Part shown: one piece after another, positions 25,715-39,467 of the stretch
Layout of the letters: every line of letters starts with the position of its first letter
How positions within the stretch are numbered: position 1 is the first letter of the stretch
Origin: Phoronis australis
Lineage: Eukaryota > Animalia > Phoronida
Direction: 5' to 3'
Assembly (NCBI GenBank): GCA_002633005.1
Contig: NMRA01000058.1
Span: forward strand, 225,585-289,584
Length of the DNA stretch: 64,000 nt
Notes under the pieces: model-generated
Databases searched by the model: none
Told to the model about the DNA's origin: nothing
The model's input: only the letters and a program-made list of their open reading frames with translations
Position numbers and translations under genes: made by a program

Positions 25715-28160
25715 GTAAGTCAGGTTATCCTAAGCATTAGAACTTGATGTTGTTAGTGGTTGGTTTGGTATTAATATCACAACATTATGAGGTACAGCAT
25801 ATTGTTTTTACTGTTGAATTTTTTGCTAACAGAACCATAACTTTTGGAACTTGAAAGGACTCTAATTACGGTTTTGGCCAATTAGCAGTTATTAAAAACG
25901 GCATTCCTATCTCGTTCTCTGAAACAACATAATGCACTGAAACCCTTGTGCCAAATTTGAAAAATCCTGTCAAAATCTGCTTAACAGTCAAGCGTGACCT
26001 ATGTTTCAGGCGATTTATGTGACAACTTTTGGGAAAGACCACCCATCAAGAACCTTAAATATCCTATCTGTGTCAAAGAAATTATGAGTTTTTGTTTAAA
26101 ACTTAAAACCTGCTTCTGTCATTCACGTAGAACACCAATGGTGCAGGTGACACTCCACAGGGTTCATTATTCTTTTATAGATTCATGGATCTAAACAAAT
26201 GAGTGTATGAGTGTTTTTGGTACTGATTGTGATATTTTGTAGTCTGTGGAAAAGCTTTCACAAGGAAAATTACCCTGGTATTCAGTACACAGTATGGTGG
26301 ACAAGTGAAATTTCATTTGGTCATTTTTTCTTAAAAGATGTATACCACCAACTTTACGTTTTTCCTTGTTTAAACTTTGTAATCACAGCTACCACTGACT
26401 GATTTTTGGCATGCACAACAATGTTAGAAAAAATGAAAAATGGCAATTTTGTCAAATATTTTTGTTCGAGATTGGTGAGATTTTGCCACACCTGTAAATG
26501 TGATCACTCCAAATGAGAGCAATTTGCTTTGAAGTTAGAAATCTCCATCAGATGAAGTTACTAAAATGTCCTCACTACTGGCAAGTTTTCATTGTTTTCT
26601 GAAGGATAGCATTGCAGAGTTCATAACAATCTGATTATCAGTACAGAACATGATCAACATTTCACTTTTTATCTAGAAGAATCATCAAGAAAACAGAAAT
26701 ACATCCTGTGTTACCTGTTAGTTGAAGCAGTTCTGAGAATAGCAGCCAGGGCACGCCTATCATAATAACTACTACAAAATCCCACAAACAAAACCTAATT
26801 TGCAAGTGTACCACTGACAGCATTCAAAAACAATTCCTTCTTATATATCATGAGTTTGCTGGTATTTATCACAGTGAGGAAAATGGCTCACACACATGGT
26901 TAACAGCTTCTTTCTCCGATTGTTTGAATGAAATTCTGTCAAATGTGCCAGCTCGAATTTATTGATGTATCCCTATGAGCTTTCGATTGTTTTTTAACAT
27001 GAATAGTTTCTTGGTATAGTAAAAAATGTGCCCGTACAGTTTCAACTCCAAACGAAAAGAGTTTCCAAAATCAGATAACAAGTTCGTTATTGTTATGGCG
27101 TTCTTGCAATCTTTTGTTGGCGCTCACAGGTCATAAACCAAATGTGTATGGGCATTACAGTAAACACACTTCCCTTGGGGAGCACATCAGGAAAAATGAC
27201 ATCGTATTTAGGCTAATATTTATCGTATTTCTTTGGGGAAAAAAATGACCACAGCAAAAATTTTCATGGATAATTCAATTTGGCAAACCAATTTGATAGA
27301 AAAAAATGGTTTTAATTCTGTTAGTTACATCGCAAACAATACCATGTTTGTTGATAGTTCACAAATCAATTTTTGAAGTTGGTGCTTGTCCAAACAAGAT
27401 TTTAAAACCTGACCTCGTTTCCAAAAAGTAGGCCTACTCTGCAACCATAGCTGTCAAGACGTTTCTCACAATGTCATTATGGTTTAATCTAGGAACCCCT
27501 TTCAAATCCTTTTGAAACAGGCCCTCGAATATTTTCAAAATCATTTCATTTATGGTTCAATATTTTCAACAGGCTTCTCATAATGTGCAGCGAGTGCAGT
27601 TTTAAAAGGATTGTCTAATGATCAGAGAGAAGTCGTTAAGTGTGTGAACCATTTCGTCCCTGTGACAAATACTATGCAAACTTGGGAAATATGACATCCC
27701 TTTCATAAAATGTAACTATGGTACATTCTGGCATGTGCAATGAGGTAAATTGTAACAATTACAAAAATATGTAAAAACCTGTTATATTATAGGGGAGGCC
27801 AAGAAATGAAAATGTAACAATGACCTACATTTTAAGAATTCGTTACATTTTACAGTATCAGTGCATTTCTGAGATGTAATGTTCCAAAGTTAACCAAATT
27901 TGGACATTTTTGTAGGGTCCAACATAATTTTAACTTGAGCCAACATTTTTAACGCAGTCTTTTAGATGTTTGTTTTCAACAGAGTAACAGTCCTTGCGAC
28001 TGTATTTTCTCATTATTTCTTTGACTGTTAGCAGTGCATGATGTATTTCTATTAGACAGAGATCGCATACCAAAGTCAGCCATTACAGGAATGCTAAAAA
28101 CAAAAACAGCACAGCTGTTCAGCATGGCAGTTAGCTATTCAAAGTCCTATTCTATTGGAA

Positions 28161-28460
28161 TGTGCTTCTGACAGGTTTTCATGGTTTATTTAGCTTAGGT
28201 ATTTCTTGTACATGTTCAGTTTAAAGTTATTATTGCTACCTCTTGACATATATTTACAAATCATCCCAGCCCAATTTAATCTTCCCCATTGGTTAGTTTT
28301 ATATTTGGTGCACATTCTGATTGGTCGAATAGGTTCACTTGCATGTTATATGTTATATCTTTATACTATCACACCAGAGCTTTTAATTCATCATACCGAA
28401 CACAAGTATTTTTCTCTACGAACCGCCTCGGGTTTTATCTATGTACAATAAAAGCCCACA
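28161..28460 (+). repeat. Probable solo LTR, same family as 60721-61085
   Basis: About 300 bp closely similar to 60721-61085; AATAAA shortly before the CCCACA end; boundaries approximate. Confidence 0.6.
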
Positions 28461-28823
28461 TATTCCTGGGTTATATAAGATCTGTGTTTTATTAAATATG
28501 TGATGTGACATGAATTTGCTATTTGTTTATTATTCTAACTTGGGTTTTAATTATTTCAAATGGATCTGCTCCAGTGTTGGTCATGTACTCTTATGATTTG
28601 TTTACTTTCTTGAGGCTGAACTGTATCTTGGAATCTATCCACATGTTCTTAAGAGGATGACAGAGTGTTCACACAAACATCCCAGAGCGAAATAACCATT
28701 TCCTAATATTGCATCATTGTGATGATGATCGAATTTATTATGATTTCCATTAGTTGAACTTGGTGTAATCAGGAAAACAATCTTAAGAACTGTTCTTAAG
28801 ATAGTTTTCGTGAGTCACTTAGT

Positions 28824-28983
28824 TCAGTTGACTATAAGGTGTGACTTGCCTTTGGTGAAAGCTGGTGTGTTTAACTTAACTCGTCTTGGAAACAGGAGTT
28901 CATCAATAGTAAAACCTCTATCTGCCATAACTTTTTCTTTAGGTAAAAAGTATTCCAGAAATCCAGATTTTTGAACAATGTAT
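28824..28983 (-). pseudogene. ISL2EU/Harbinger DDE transposase fragment
   Basis: IVQKSGFLEYFLPKEKVMADRGFTIDELLFPRRVKLNTPAFTKGKSHL (MADRGF catalytic motif). Confidence 0.85.
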
Positions 28984-30539
28984 AGTAAGAGTGACAGACA
29001 AAATGCTACCATCTTGAAGTCTGTTTTGTTGCATTTCTTGTACACTGTGACCACTGACCCCTACAGGACATCAATCTGTTCAGCTTCTTGTGGAAGTTTG
29101 CATTCTGCTGTGACTTTTAAGTGAATTTTTATTTATGGGGAAACTATGCCCAGGTTCTAATGCCTGTACACAAAATCTAACTCGAAATTATTTTTGATTC
29201 TATGTGTTCTACTTTTGTGCTTACTTCTGAGATAAGTAACTTATATTCTTTGTGCGAGAGATGGTTTACATGAGTGACTCTCTTACTTAATCACCCCGGT
29301 GTTGTGGTGTTGACGTTAGAAGTTTGAGTCTGACCTCGCAATTTCCAGTTTTTACTCAAGTTTTTAGCTTGAACCTGGGAATCATCAAGTTTGAATGTGG
29401 ACTAGACTTATATCACCATAAACCATAACATAATCAAGCAGAGAAAAATGGGCACTTATCCGAAAAACAGGCACTTATCCTCAGTTCAAACAACTGTAAA
29501 ACGGAAAATATCAACAATAATTTCGAGTTTGATTTGTTTTAGTGCAAACGTTAGACACTCGGCTCTGATTTGGTAGACATTTCAATATCCAGAAGCAAAC
29601 CCCCACACTACTTGAGTCAGATACTATTCCAGCATCATTCTAAGCTTTCTTGGGAACCTTTCTCTCTATTCTGTAGAATTTTTTCACCTTAAGCTTGTAG
29701 TATTTGATTCCTGTTGTTAATCCATGTTTATCTCGTGTTCATTTATGCATCAGGAAGAGAGGGTTTTGGCTGTAAGTAGCAAGCTTTTGACATTGCATTC
29801 CCATGTAAATATTGTAACACTAATTAGTTTTGTATTCCAAAGTTCTACTAACTAGATACTACAGGATGCTCTCTGATATACCTATTAATGCTAACTTGGT
29901 AATTTATTTCCTGACTCATAGCGAAAGTTTGCACTTACCCAATTTTTGGTTAAAACGGTTTTGACCAAATGGAGCTTAATAGAGTTTTGACTGGCTGAAG
30001 CTTCAATTTTAATCACTAATTTACAAAGCTCAACCGGGTCTTTTAGTACTCAGCTTGTCACCGACTTTGGTGTTATTGATAACAAAGCCTACTACCTTCG
30101 TATTCTAACAGAGTTGTCCTGTTTTGCTGTAGAATTTCTTCAGAAAAAAATTGCAAAAACAAGATTCTATAATAAATTAAGTGGTCACGTGCCTTCTTTC
30201 TGAAGTTGCTTTGCTCATCCCTATCCACACTGGTGTCTATGAAAGCCTGAACACAAGTTGCATGTTTAAACCTCCTCTGGACAACGTGAACTTTTGGTAA
30301 AGTTAGTGAAAGCCTATTTTGCTAGTTACAGTTAAAATGGCAAATAACCAAAAGGTTAATGAGTGGCTGTTTTTTTTTTGTGAAATGTTGCACTGTTGGC
30401 TATTAAGCCAGGATTGGTTTAACCTATATCTGTATGACTGAATTTGCAGATCATCAAAACTCTCACTTTTCCATTTCATCCAAAAGTATTGATGTGTTAT
30501 GCATTGCTTTATAATATACCACTTACTGTGGGTGTATCT

Positions 30540-31295
30540 ATTAAACCGTTTGGAGGATCTTTACTTAATTTAGCAAGTGTATTTATATGATGTTGTCAAT
30601 GGATGACGACGACTTTCAGACGGATCTGACTAGTGGTGTGCCCCCTAGTGGCAATTTTAGTTTTTTACGTTTACCAGTCTGTATCTTCAAAGGTCCTCAA
30701 CAGATTTTCATAAAATTTTGAATACAGGCATCTATTGATGAAATGATGTTAGCATCCTGTTTTTGGATGAATCGAGGTATTGTGCGTCACCTGGTGGCCA
30801 TTTTTTCCTGTTTTCAAATCTTGATTTTGGCGTCCGCACCTCGATCAACCAATTTATTCTAGGTATGGCTTTGAAAATTGGCATATATGTTTTCAGTGTG
30901 AAGAGGACGTTTGATGATGGCGACTGACTACTGTGGCGCCTCCTAGTTGTAGTTTTGTTTTGTTTTGCGCCCATAATTGTATCTCCAAAACCCACTGCAG
31001 GATCTTTATTAAATTTTGTAAGTGAATTTATATGAAGATAACAACAGACGACGACTTTCAGGCAGATGGAACGGACGCTGTGCCCACAAGTGGCAATTTC
31101 ATTTTGTTCTGTTTTCCTTTTTTCTCTGAAGTTCTTTGACAATTTTAAGAAGTATGGCATGTACCCATTTTTTGATAGATTGTACATTTTTGCGCCATCT
31201 AGTGGCCATTTTTATGATACAAATAAATAACCCCAAAAGCACACCATTTGCGATGCATTCGTGGGCGCATTTCAACGCTCCGCGTTGCTCTTGTA
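30540..31295 (+). mobile_element. Helentron-associated (HINE/DINE-1-like) element with ~140-bp core repeats
   Basis: Repeated cc(c)ctagtggc...aaatttg units and a 3' end gcatttcaacgctccgcgttgctcttg shared with 47910-48786. Confidence 0.6.
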
Positions 31296-32224
31296 AGTAT
31301 TTTTCATAGGTGATTGCAATGGATATTTGGCCCCAAAATTGAGGTGTCGAGGCCCTAGTAATGCCAATTTTTGTTAAGTCTTTCACATTTCATCTAATAA
31401 CTTTTTAACTAATTTGAACCCTTGTTAAAAGTATATTTTTTCAGAGTTGTTCATGAGCTGAAAAATATTAGTCCAGGTCTTAAAACCTAACTCGAATGGT
31501 AACACCTGCCAATGTGACTCTTAGAATTAGAAGATGTTTGCAGCATCACTTCATACAGTTCAAGGCAATGAGTTAACAGCTATAATAAACAGGACTCAGG
31601 TTTAACTAAATTGGACCCAATTTTAAAGCACACGTTACATTATAGTGCCACCAGAAATCTAGATGCTCATGAACAACACAGGCACACAGTAAATCTCTAG
31701 GTACGTAACTTTGTGATATTTTCTGTGTTGCATCCAAAGTTATCCCAAGCTCAGGTATTCCATGCGATGGATACATCATTAGCCTTCATTTTTTATGGCT
31801 GTTATGTTCATTATCCAAAGGAAAATCAAAATTCTGAAACATTGTTTTCTCTGCCATGGACCATAAAATATGTGTGCTAAATTTTAGATACATCAATGTT
31901 CAAATTTTGACTAAAAGCTTCAAAAATTGACATGTTGACATCTATTTGTCAGTTATTGACATGACATGAAGTTGCATAATTAGTGCACAAATATAATGTT
32001 TGTAAACAAATGTTATTCATAGCAATGGAAAATGTAGAATAGTTTTATACAATTCGTAAATATTGAATTTTTTGATCAAAATCTATGAAGGTTAACAATA
32101 ACTTGGAATTTCTGAGCCGTAGTGTTTGCTGCAGTATGGAAATGTCAGTGTGAAAGATTACTATGTGCATGTTAGTCTTTTAATAATTTGAAGTCGTGCT
32201 AATGTTTAAACATTTACGTTTCAG

Positions 32225-32278
32225 GACACGCTGGAAAGATTTGCTCATGGCATGAAAGAAATGAGCAAGTTTCAAACA
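32225..32278 (+). CDS. ACAP2: ACAP BAR-domain exon
   Basis: tacgtttcag / gtaagt; 54 nt, DTLERFAHGMKEMSKFQT. Confidence 0.92.
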
Positions 32279-32316
32279 GTAAGTTGTTTTCATTTGTTTT
32301 ACAGCTCCTAAAGTTA

Positions 32317-34034
32317 CCGTAAACGTTCGGGTTAACGCCCATGCTCACTTAACCGCCCATCTCCTACTTTAGGCAGATTTAACCGCCCACTGCTCGGTTA
32401 ACCGCCCCTCTGCGATTTTTGAAGATTTCCAGTTAAGCACCCACCTCTCGATTAAGCGCCCACCTCTCGATTAAGCGCCCATCCCCGACATTTTAAAGAG
32501 CTGGAGGCCCAAGTTCAGTGTCAAATAAACACCCGGTCAGCTTAAACCTACTGTCAAGCCGTTCTAGCTGTTCTCTTTTGATGTGCGACTTTGGTGTGGT
32601 GCACGTGCGTGAGTTCCCACGCTCTGGAGTGCAAGTTACCTTGACTGCACATGTGATTGACAGGTGATTCATATGCGCATGCTCTTGAGAATCTGTTTGC
32701 TGCTGTCGTTAGCCATAAAAAAACGAGACGCATATTGAACAGGGCTGATTAGGCTACTTGCTGACATTGCACTCAAACAGCGGGTCCGAACAGTGCCGCA
32801 GTACAATATTGTAGGTTATATAATAGGATAATCTGGAAATCTTGCATGTAAAATAAAAATGTGTTTTTCCACCACAAAATTTGATTAATTGAACCTTAAA
32901 CAATGTATAGAAACGTCGCTGTTTTGTGACGTTTTATCACACATGTATGCCACGGCCCATACATTGGGAATTTCAGGTCGCATGTTATGACTAAATACAA
33001 GATGACCAAAATCTTGGCTTGCATTTTCAAAATTCAGGTCGCCAATGCAACCTGCAGCTCGTTATGCCTAGTCCTGTTCCCAACAACACCGACTCAGTAA
33101 GGACGCTTTGCTCGTTGGAACAAACCACTGGTGCCGGTTACCCGAATAATGGGGCTTTTCGTCTTCGAATTATTTTTACCGACGCAGGTACTTGTGCATA
33201 AAGTACTTCTTTCTCAGACTGTACTATACGGGTTCATTAGACTCATCCCATTCATAGTGTTAGTATTTTTTAACATTAAAATATTAAGCACTTTTTTGAG
33301 TAATGCCTTTGGGGTTACTTTTGATTGATGATTGGCTTATGTCTGCCAACCTCCGCCGGGTGGTCAGCCGTAGAACGTTACGTTGAAAATGTCATTGAAT
33401 AACGGAGCCTCGAACATAAGCATCCCAAACCCCCAAAAATAACACTTGAAGTAGTTTCTTAAACTTTAATTTTATTACAAATAGTTTAAAACTGCTCTCC
33501 AACTCAGAACTTGACAACTAACTCGTGACTCTGCTGTGACCTACGCAGCATGTGAAGCTTTCACGCGCACACTTTGCACTGCTACCACGTCAGTGAGGAT
33601 AGTTGCAATCCAAGTGGAGCGCTGCATAGTCACTGGTCGTCTGCGCTCTACATGTACAGCTCTAACAAGACGGCAGGACAGCATGGGCTATTACTCAGCA
33701 ATTTTGTAAATTTAACTGAAATAATTAATCTGAGAGCAACAGAACCTTTGTTTGGATCATCCGCTCTTTTGACATTTTTACCGTCATTTGGCGACATGGC
33801 GAAAGCTCGGAAAAGTGCTACGCGTTCCAACTACGTGTGGGGACTGGGATCATGAAGTAAGATTAACCGCCCAGGGTGGTTGTCTGTTGTAATAAGCGCC
33901 CATGTTCGGTTAATCGCCCACCCCTGATTTCTTGAAATTTCACGTTTAAGCGCCCATGTCTGGTTAAACGCCCACCCCCGAATTTTTGGGTTTGCCAATT
34001 TAACTGCCCAGGGTGTTAACCCGAATGTTTACGG
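32317..34034. mobile_element. Tc1/mariner (pogo-type) MITE, copy A
   Basis: TA-CCGTAAACGTTCGGGTTAAC ... GTTAACCCGAATGTTTACGG-TA; subterminal arrays of TTAA(C/G)CGCCCA. Confidence 0.9.
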
Positions 34035-34374
34035 TATATCGGCTTTATAGATGTAAAAAATAAAGTTATGCACAGTGCAAATTTAAACACATTCATTAAA
34101 TTGCATAGGACTAATGATCTTTCTCCAGAACTGCCTCTCTTATCACTTGGAAAGAGTAAAATTGGTACCAACAATGTAAGAATAGTGTCCATCTGGTAGA
34201 GCTGACTGGATGATGGCTTGAAAATTTGACTCCAAGGAGTAAAACATGGAAGATCATAGAAAAGTTGCAATTAGAGGCAAGTGCAAAATTAATCATCCTC
34301 TTCGATCTGCAATGAATTTGAATTGGGTTTAAACCTACATCAGTTGCAATAACTTTTTTCATTTTTATTTTCAG

Positions 34375-34433
34375 ATCTTACTTGACCAAGCGCACCGATC
34401 AGTGTGTAAAAACCTGAAGTCCTTTATTACCAA
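34375..34433 (+). CDS. ACAP2: ACAP BAR-domain exon
   Basis: tttttattttcag / gtgagt; 59 nt, ILLDQAHRSVCKNLKSFIT(N). Confidence 0.92.
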
Positions 34434-35149
34434 GTGAGTAACTTAATCTTTGCTGCCTGGGCACGGCAGTTTATGGTAAACAAAAGATCGTAATTCATAG
34501 TCAATCATGTACTGTGGTTCACAAACATATTTTTGATATAGCTGTTACTAGCATTTTTTGTTTTTAATTTAACTGTTGTTTAACAGTCTTGTTACCTTGA
34601 ATTGCTGATTGGTACCTAGCGTACTCCAACTACTCCAGATAATCTTATTAAAATCCATACATAGGTTTCCTGTTTCAACTTATTTCTTACTCAACATATT
34701 TATCTCCTTAACAGAGTCACATGGCAGAGGTAACAAATGTCTTTTCCTATTTTGCATTAAAGGCTTCACATAAAAAACAGCATCCAAAGTTTATTCTTAT
34801 GTGCAGCAGAAGATGCCTGTACTTATTCTTAAAAAGAAAATGAAATGAGAACACAGGAAATACCCTTCTTGTGAATTTGGTTGAGTATGATGATGTTATT
34901 ATAAATAAGGATTATCAATCTCCTTAGGTACCGTGTGTTGGGTGACATCACATGACCAATAGCCCAATCAGATTTAATTTGGGGCATCTTACCCAAACGT
35001 GGGAATGTATTATGAATTCAAATGTAGTGTCACAATTTAGCACGGTGATATGACATAAGTAAGAATTATTAGACAGTGTCACTAAACAGTTTCATCAGGA
35101 TTTCATGGTGCAACTACACTAGAAATTTCTTTTATTAATCTAGAAAATA

Positions 35150-36210
35150 TACCTTAAATGGCAGAAGTTTTTGGAAGCTGATGTTGACTGGTTCCTCCTT
35201 CATTGTGACCCTGTGAAGTAGTGGGGGTCAAGATGATGTCATAAACCCTGGAAAGTTTAAACGTGTCATTATCTCTGTTCAGAACCTTGGACTCTTCTAA
35301 TGTGGATGGATTCCTTGTGCATGAATGTTTTAACCTAAACAACATTCAAGCATGAATGGACTCACCATAGACAGCCCAAGAGCTATTATCTCTGTGGTGA
35401 AGGATGTTACAGTTATGTCTCCTATCAGTTGCCAGCAGTCACTGGTACGGTGCGCGGCTTTAGACGCTCCGCGGCTGAGCTTAAGATCTTTTATAGGCCT
35501 AACTATCCCCAATTCCCGTACCAGGATGAATTTCAAAAATATGCTGACTTGTTTATGTCAGATGTGATGTGTGATGTCTATGTTCAAAGTGTACTTTGTG
35601 ACTGTAGAGTCGTCAAAATTTACCCATTCCCATGATGACGATTTAACACAGCATGTGTAATGACATGCTGTTTTATAATATATTGGTGAAACTGGTAGAA
35701 GTTTTGGTTATAGAATGGCTGAACATAATAAGGATGTTGAGGACATTACCAGGTATAGAGATTTCACCAGGTAGGAAAGGAATGCCTCTTTCAATGAATT
35801 GAACAAATCAGCTATCACTGATCGTGTAAGAAAAAACAATCATGTGATTGACAGGGAACATTAGATCATGATGGCACATTTAAACTTTCCTGTGTTTATG
35901 ACATCTTCGTGACTCCCAACTACTTCACAGGGTCACTCTGAGGAAGGAAGCAGTCAACATCGGCTTTCAAAAACTTCTGCCATTTAAGGTAAATTCTGGA
36001 TTATTAGTCAATAGGCAAGTCTATAGTTGGTCACTTCATGTGACCTGTAATCTGAAAAGATCTCTGTCCTGACTGGGGCTTGAACATGGGACTTTCTGCT
36101 ATGTATACAAAGGCTCTTAAAGTCCCCGGAGCTATGGAGTTTGCAGTCGATCACAGAAATCTAGTTAGACTTAATAGAAAGCATCTTACCCAAACTTGGG
36201 AGTGCATGTC
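35150..36210 (+). mobile_element. Penelope-like remnant with inverted pseudo-LTR and adjacent tRNA-like segment
   Basis: YIGETGRSFGYRMAEH...NKSAITD..RKNNHVID at about 35678-35855; 35150-35280 is an inverted copy of 35865-35992; CTGAGGA hammerhead-like core near 35938; tRNA-like sequence on - at about 36060-36140. Confidence 0.75.
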
Positions 36211-36223
36211 AGCGCCAGTATTA

Positions 36224-37350
36224 CCGTAAACGTTCAGGTTAACGCCTATTGTCACTTAAACGCCCATCCCCTACTTTAGGTGGATTTTCGATTTAACCGC
36301 CCACTGCTCGGTTAAGTGCCCCCCTTTTGATTACGCGCTCAGTGCTAAGGAAATGCGCGATTACCCATTTTTAGATAAAAATCGATGATAACAAAGAATG
36401 CAACGACAGCATCGAAGATGATGGTTTGGCAATGTGAATTATAATAAAAGTAACAAATTATTATCCCGGGTCATGGATTTGCTTCAAAACGTAATACCTT
36501 GAACGCTTTGTCACTTTATTTTCCTCCTATATTCGCAAAACTAAGAACCCCGCCGGGTGCCGTCTGCCGCGCTAAGTTTCCGCCTGCAGCGCTCTGGATA
36601 AAACATATATTCGAAAAAATAAAGCCAAAGGAACGTGACACTGATCTTGCCAACACTCCTAATTCGCTGTAGGTGGGAAGCTCTCGGATTTTGAAGAATT
36701 GCCTTAACTTTGTGAATATTGTTTCTACCTGCCTTTTTAGCGATCTCCCGAATAATTTTGTTTCTTCACTGGCTAGTTTCAACCGGAAAAAAATCCTTCC
36801 CATTCGAGTTTGAAATATCTACGACGTAGGCTGACTGAAAATTGACCTATCGCCAGGATTTTGAGTGACGGCTTAACTGACCATTTGGAACGCAGCATTA
36901 TTGACGCACCTTTTACCCGACAAACAACCCATTGCCGGGTAAAATTTATAAGTGTTTACATTGTTCGGATTGCTTTCCTAACCAAGTGTTGATTATTCAC
37001 CGCTTCGGGCGCTAGTGTTTCAACCGGTGACCATTGCGGCGAATGGCAAAATGGCGGAGTGAACTCTCCTATACTGTACTACACTCCTTGTTTTTACTGT
37101 CATTTGGCGACGTGGCAATGAAGCTTGGAAAAGTGCTACGCGTTCCAACTATGTGTGGGGATTGGGATGAGGTAAGATTAACCGCCCACCCCGGTTGTCT
37201 GTCGTAATAAGTGCCCATGTTTGGTAAACCGCCCACCCGCGATTTCTTGAAATTTCACATTTAAGCGCCCATGTCTGGTTAACCGCCCACTCCCAATTTT
37301 TTTGGGCTTGCCAATTTAACTGCCCAGGGTGTTAACCCGAACGTTTACGG
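36224..37350. mobile_element. Tc1/mariner (pogo-type) MITE, copy B
   Basis: Same TIRs and TA TSD as 32317-34034, but a different interior. Confidence 0.9.
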
Positions 37351-37451
37351 TACTTACTATTTTGAATGTTGACAGAGTTGAATGTATAATGCTCTAGTTT
37401 AGTCTTATCTTCCTTACATTCTTGTTCAGTAAATTATCTTTTTTCATCTAG

Positions 37452-37635
37452 TGATATTAAAAAAGTCAAAGAGACTCGTAAACACTTTGAAAAGATCAGT
37501 GACGATACGGACAATGCGCTGATCAGAAATGCACAGACCCTAAAAAGTCGGCCAGTAGAGTGCGAAGATGCAAAGAATGGAGTAACTGCCATGAAGTCTT
37601 GGTTCCAGCACACTTCACTGGATTATGTATTTCAG
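37452..37635 (+). CDS. ACAP2: ACAP BAR-domain exon
   Basis: ttttcatctag / gtaata; 184 nt, DIKKVKETRKHFEKISDDTDNALIRNAQ...TSLDYVFQ, strongly ACAP-like. Confidence 0.95.
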
Positions 37636-37713
37636 GTAATATATTATTCAGCTATAGACTTTCAGGAACCAAATGGTGAATTGTGACAATGGACTGATGA
37701 CTACTGTCTCCCT

Positions 37714-39467
37714 CATGCTATAAACACTCCTACTAAACGAGATCTTGTCAAACCCCTCTGATCAGGGAAAACTGTGGGGTTTGGCCAATTGAACTAGACC
37801 ATCTTTATCCACCTTGGCTGTGTCATGCTCAGCTCACGATCGAAGGGATCCCGCCTAGCTGCTCTATTCATCGAGTAGCGAGCAAGGATAATTGGCTTTG
37901 CTCATGCGGATACGATCAGCTGATTACAATCTAGCCTAGATGACTGTACTTTTACGTAGAGCGTTTTACATAGTTTTGAGTGTAATATTTGAAGAGAGGA
38001 GAGAAAAAATGTTGGTACAACTTTGAATTTTTCAAATCGGTCCGGAATAAGAGATTTAGCTACACAGCAACACTCACGATTACTTTCATTCAGCGCGCAC
38101 GAATACAAAAGTATAGGACCCAAGTTATTTAGATTTTGGAACACATGTATTGCAATATTCAAAATACGTTTATTGTAACTCTTACAAGCTGTAAAACGAC
38201 GTTGTTTAATTTCATTGTGCTCATTCATTGTCATCCATCAAATCGGAAATTTCTGAGATGTGATCTGCGGTGTGCGCGTATGTATACAAAACACGTTATT
38301 GTTATGCTCCTGAACTGCGAACATTAAGAAACTTTAGCATGCCGTTATTATTGACAGGGACACGATAAAACGAATTTGGATTTTGACGATAATCTTGATA
38401 CAGCGAGCTGGCTGACCACTGCGTCAGTGTCTCGGTTAGACCCTGAAATTTCACACAGCCCGGGTATTTCACCTCGTCACCTCGTACCCAACATATAGAT
38501 CGAGCCCAAGACTATTAATGTTTTACTCCATGGTAGAGGTAACTACCGTCGGCCTGTGCACAGAAAATCTGTGAGTTAATCGGCACTCACGTTGCACGTT
38601 GCAGCCGTTTAAGTGAAAAACAATCTAATCAATGCCATTTTCTTGCATAATCCTCCGCCTTTTGTAACAAAAAAGTCTGTCGTCGATCATCCGCATACGC
38701 TCGCTCACTCAGTCTCATACGCAGACGAACTTCAAAACAAACGTCATGTGACAACAACATGTATGTTCATCCAGAGATTTTTCTCGTGTTGTTGGGTATG
38801 ATGTAGCACAGATTTGGACTTAATCGCAATTAATCTGGACTCCACATGAACTTTATAAATTGTAAAACATAAGGAAGATTTCAGGTAATTTGTTGAGTCG
38901 AAACTATATTTTTATTCAAGAATTCAAGTTTTCCTGTCAACGATCGCGATTCAGCGACGTATCAGTCGGCATATTTTCGCCCTGGGATTTCAGCACAATT
39001 TTTTGAAAAATGATCGTAATTTAACAAGGAAGTTTGATAGCAAGGCACCACAAATTTGTAGAAAGACTGTCATAGGCTACAAATACGTCACAGAGTGTAA
39101 ATTTGATCAATCCTAGCTTCCGATTTTATCCGTTTTGGAAACCGAGTTTCAACTGCCTTAGGCTACAATAAGTGTCCCCTCCCTGTGAAATGAATTTTCT
39201 AAGCATTTATTAGAGCCAATACAGTATACAGCTTTCTACCAAGGCTAGGTGGTGCTACCACATTATTCTTTGTTGAATTATTTTACTGGTCTTGGCTAAT
39301 TATCATTTTATGGCCTGGTCATCCATTCAGCCAAAAGGAGTTCCAGAGGTGGCTTATCAGCCAATTATTCATGTATGCTGACTCACAATAGAAGCCTGAT
39401 GAGAGTGAAGGTGGATAAATGGGGGGTTCCTACAGTTTCTTGTGGTAGTGGATGTGTTCATGACATG
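37714..39467 (+). mobile_element. About 1.75-kb non-autonomous TIR element, copy 2
   Basis: Direct-orientation homolog of 15929-17674. Confidence 0.85.

Noticed and set aside
32330-32490. CRISPR-like array of TTAACCGCCCA repeats with variable spacers
   Set aside because: Eukaryotic context, repeats only about 11 bp, no cas genes; these are MITE subterminal repeats.
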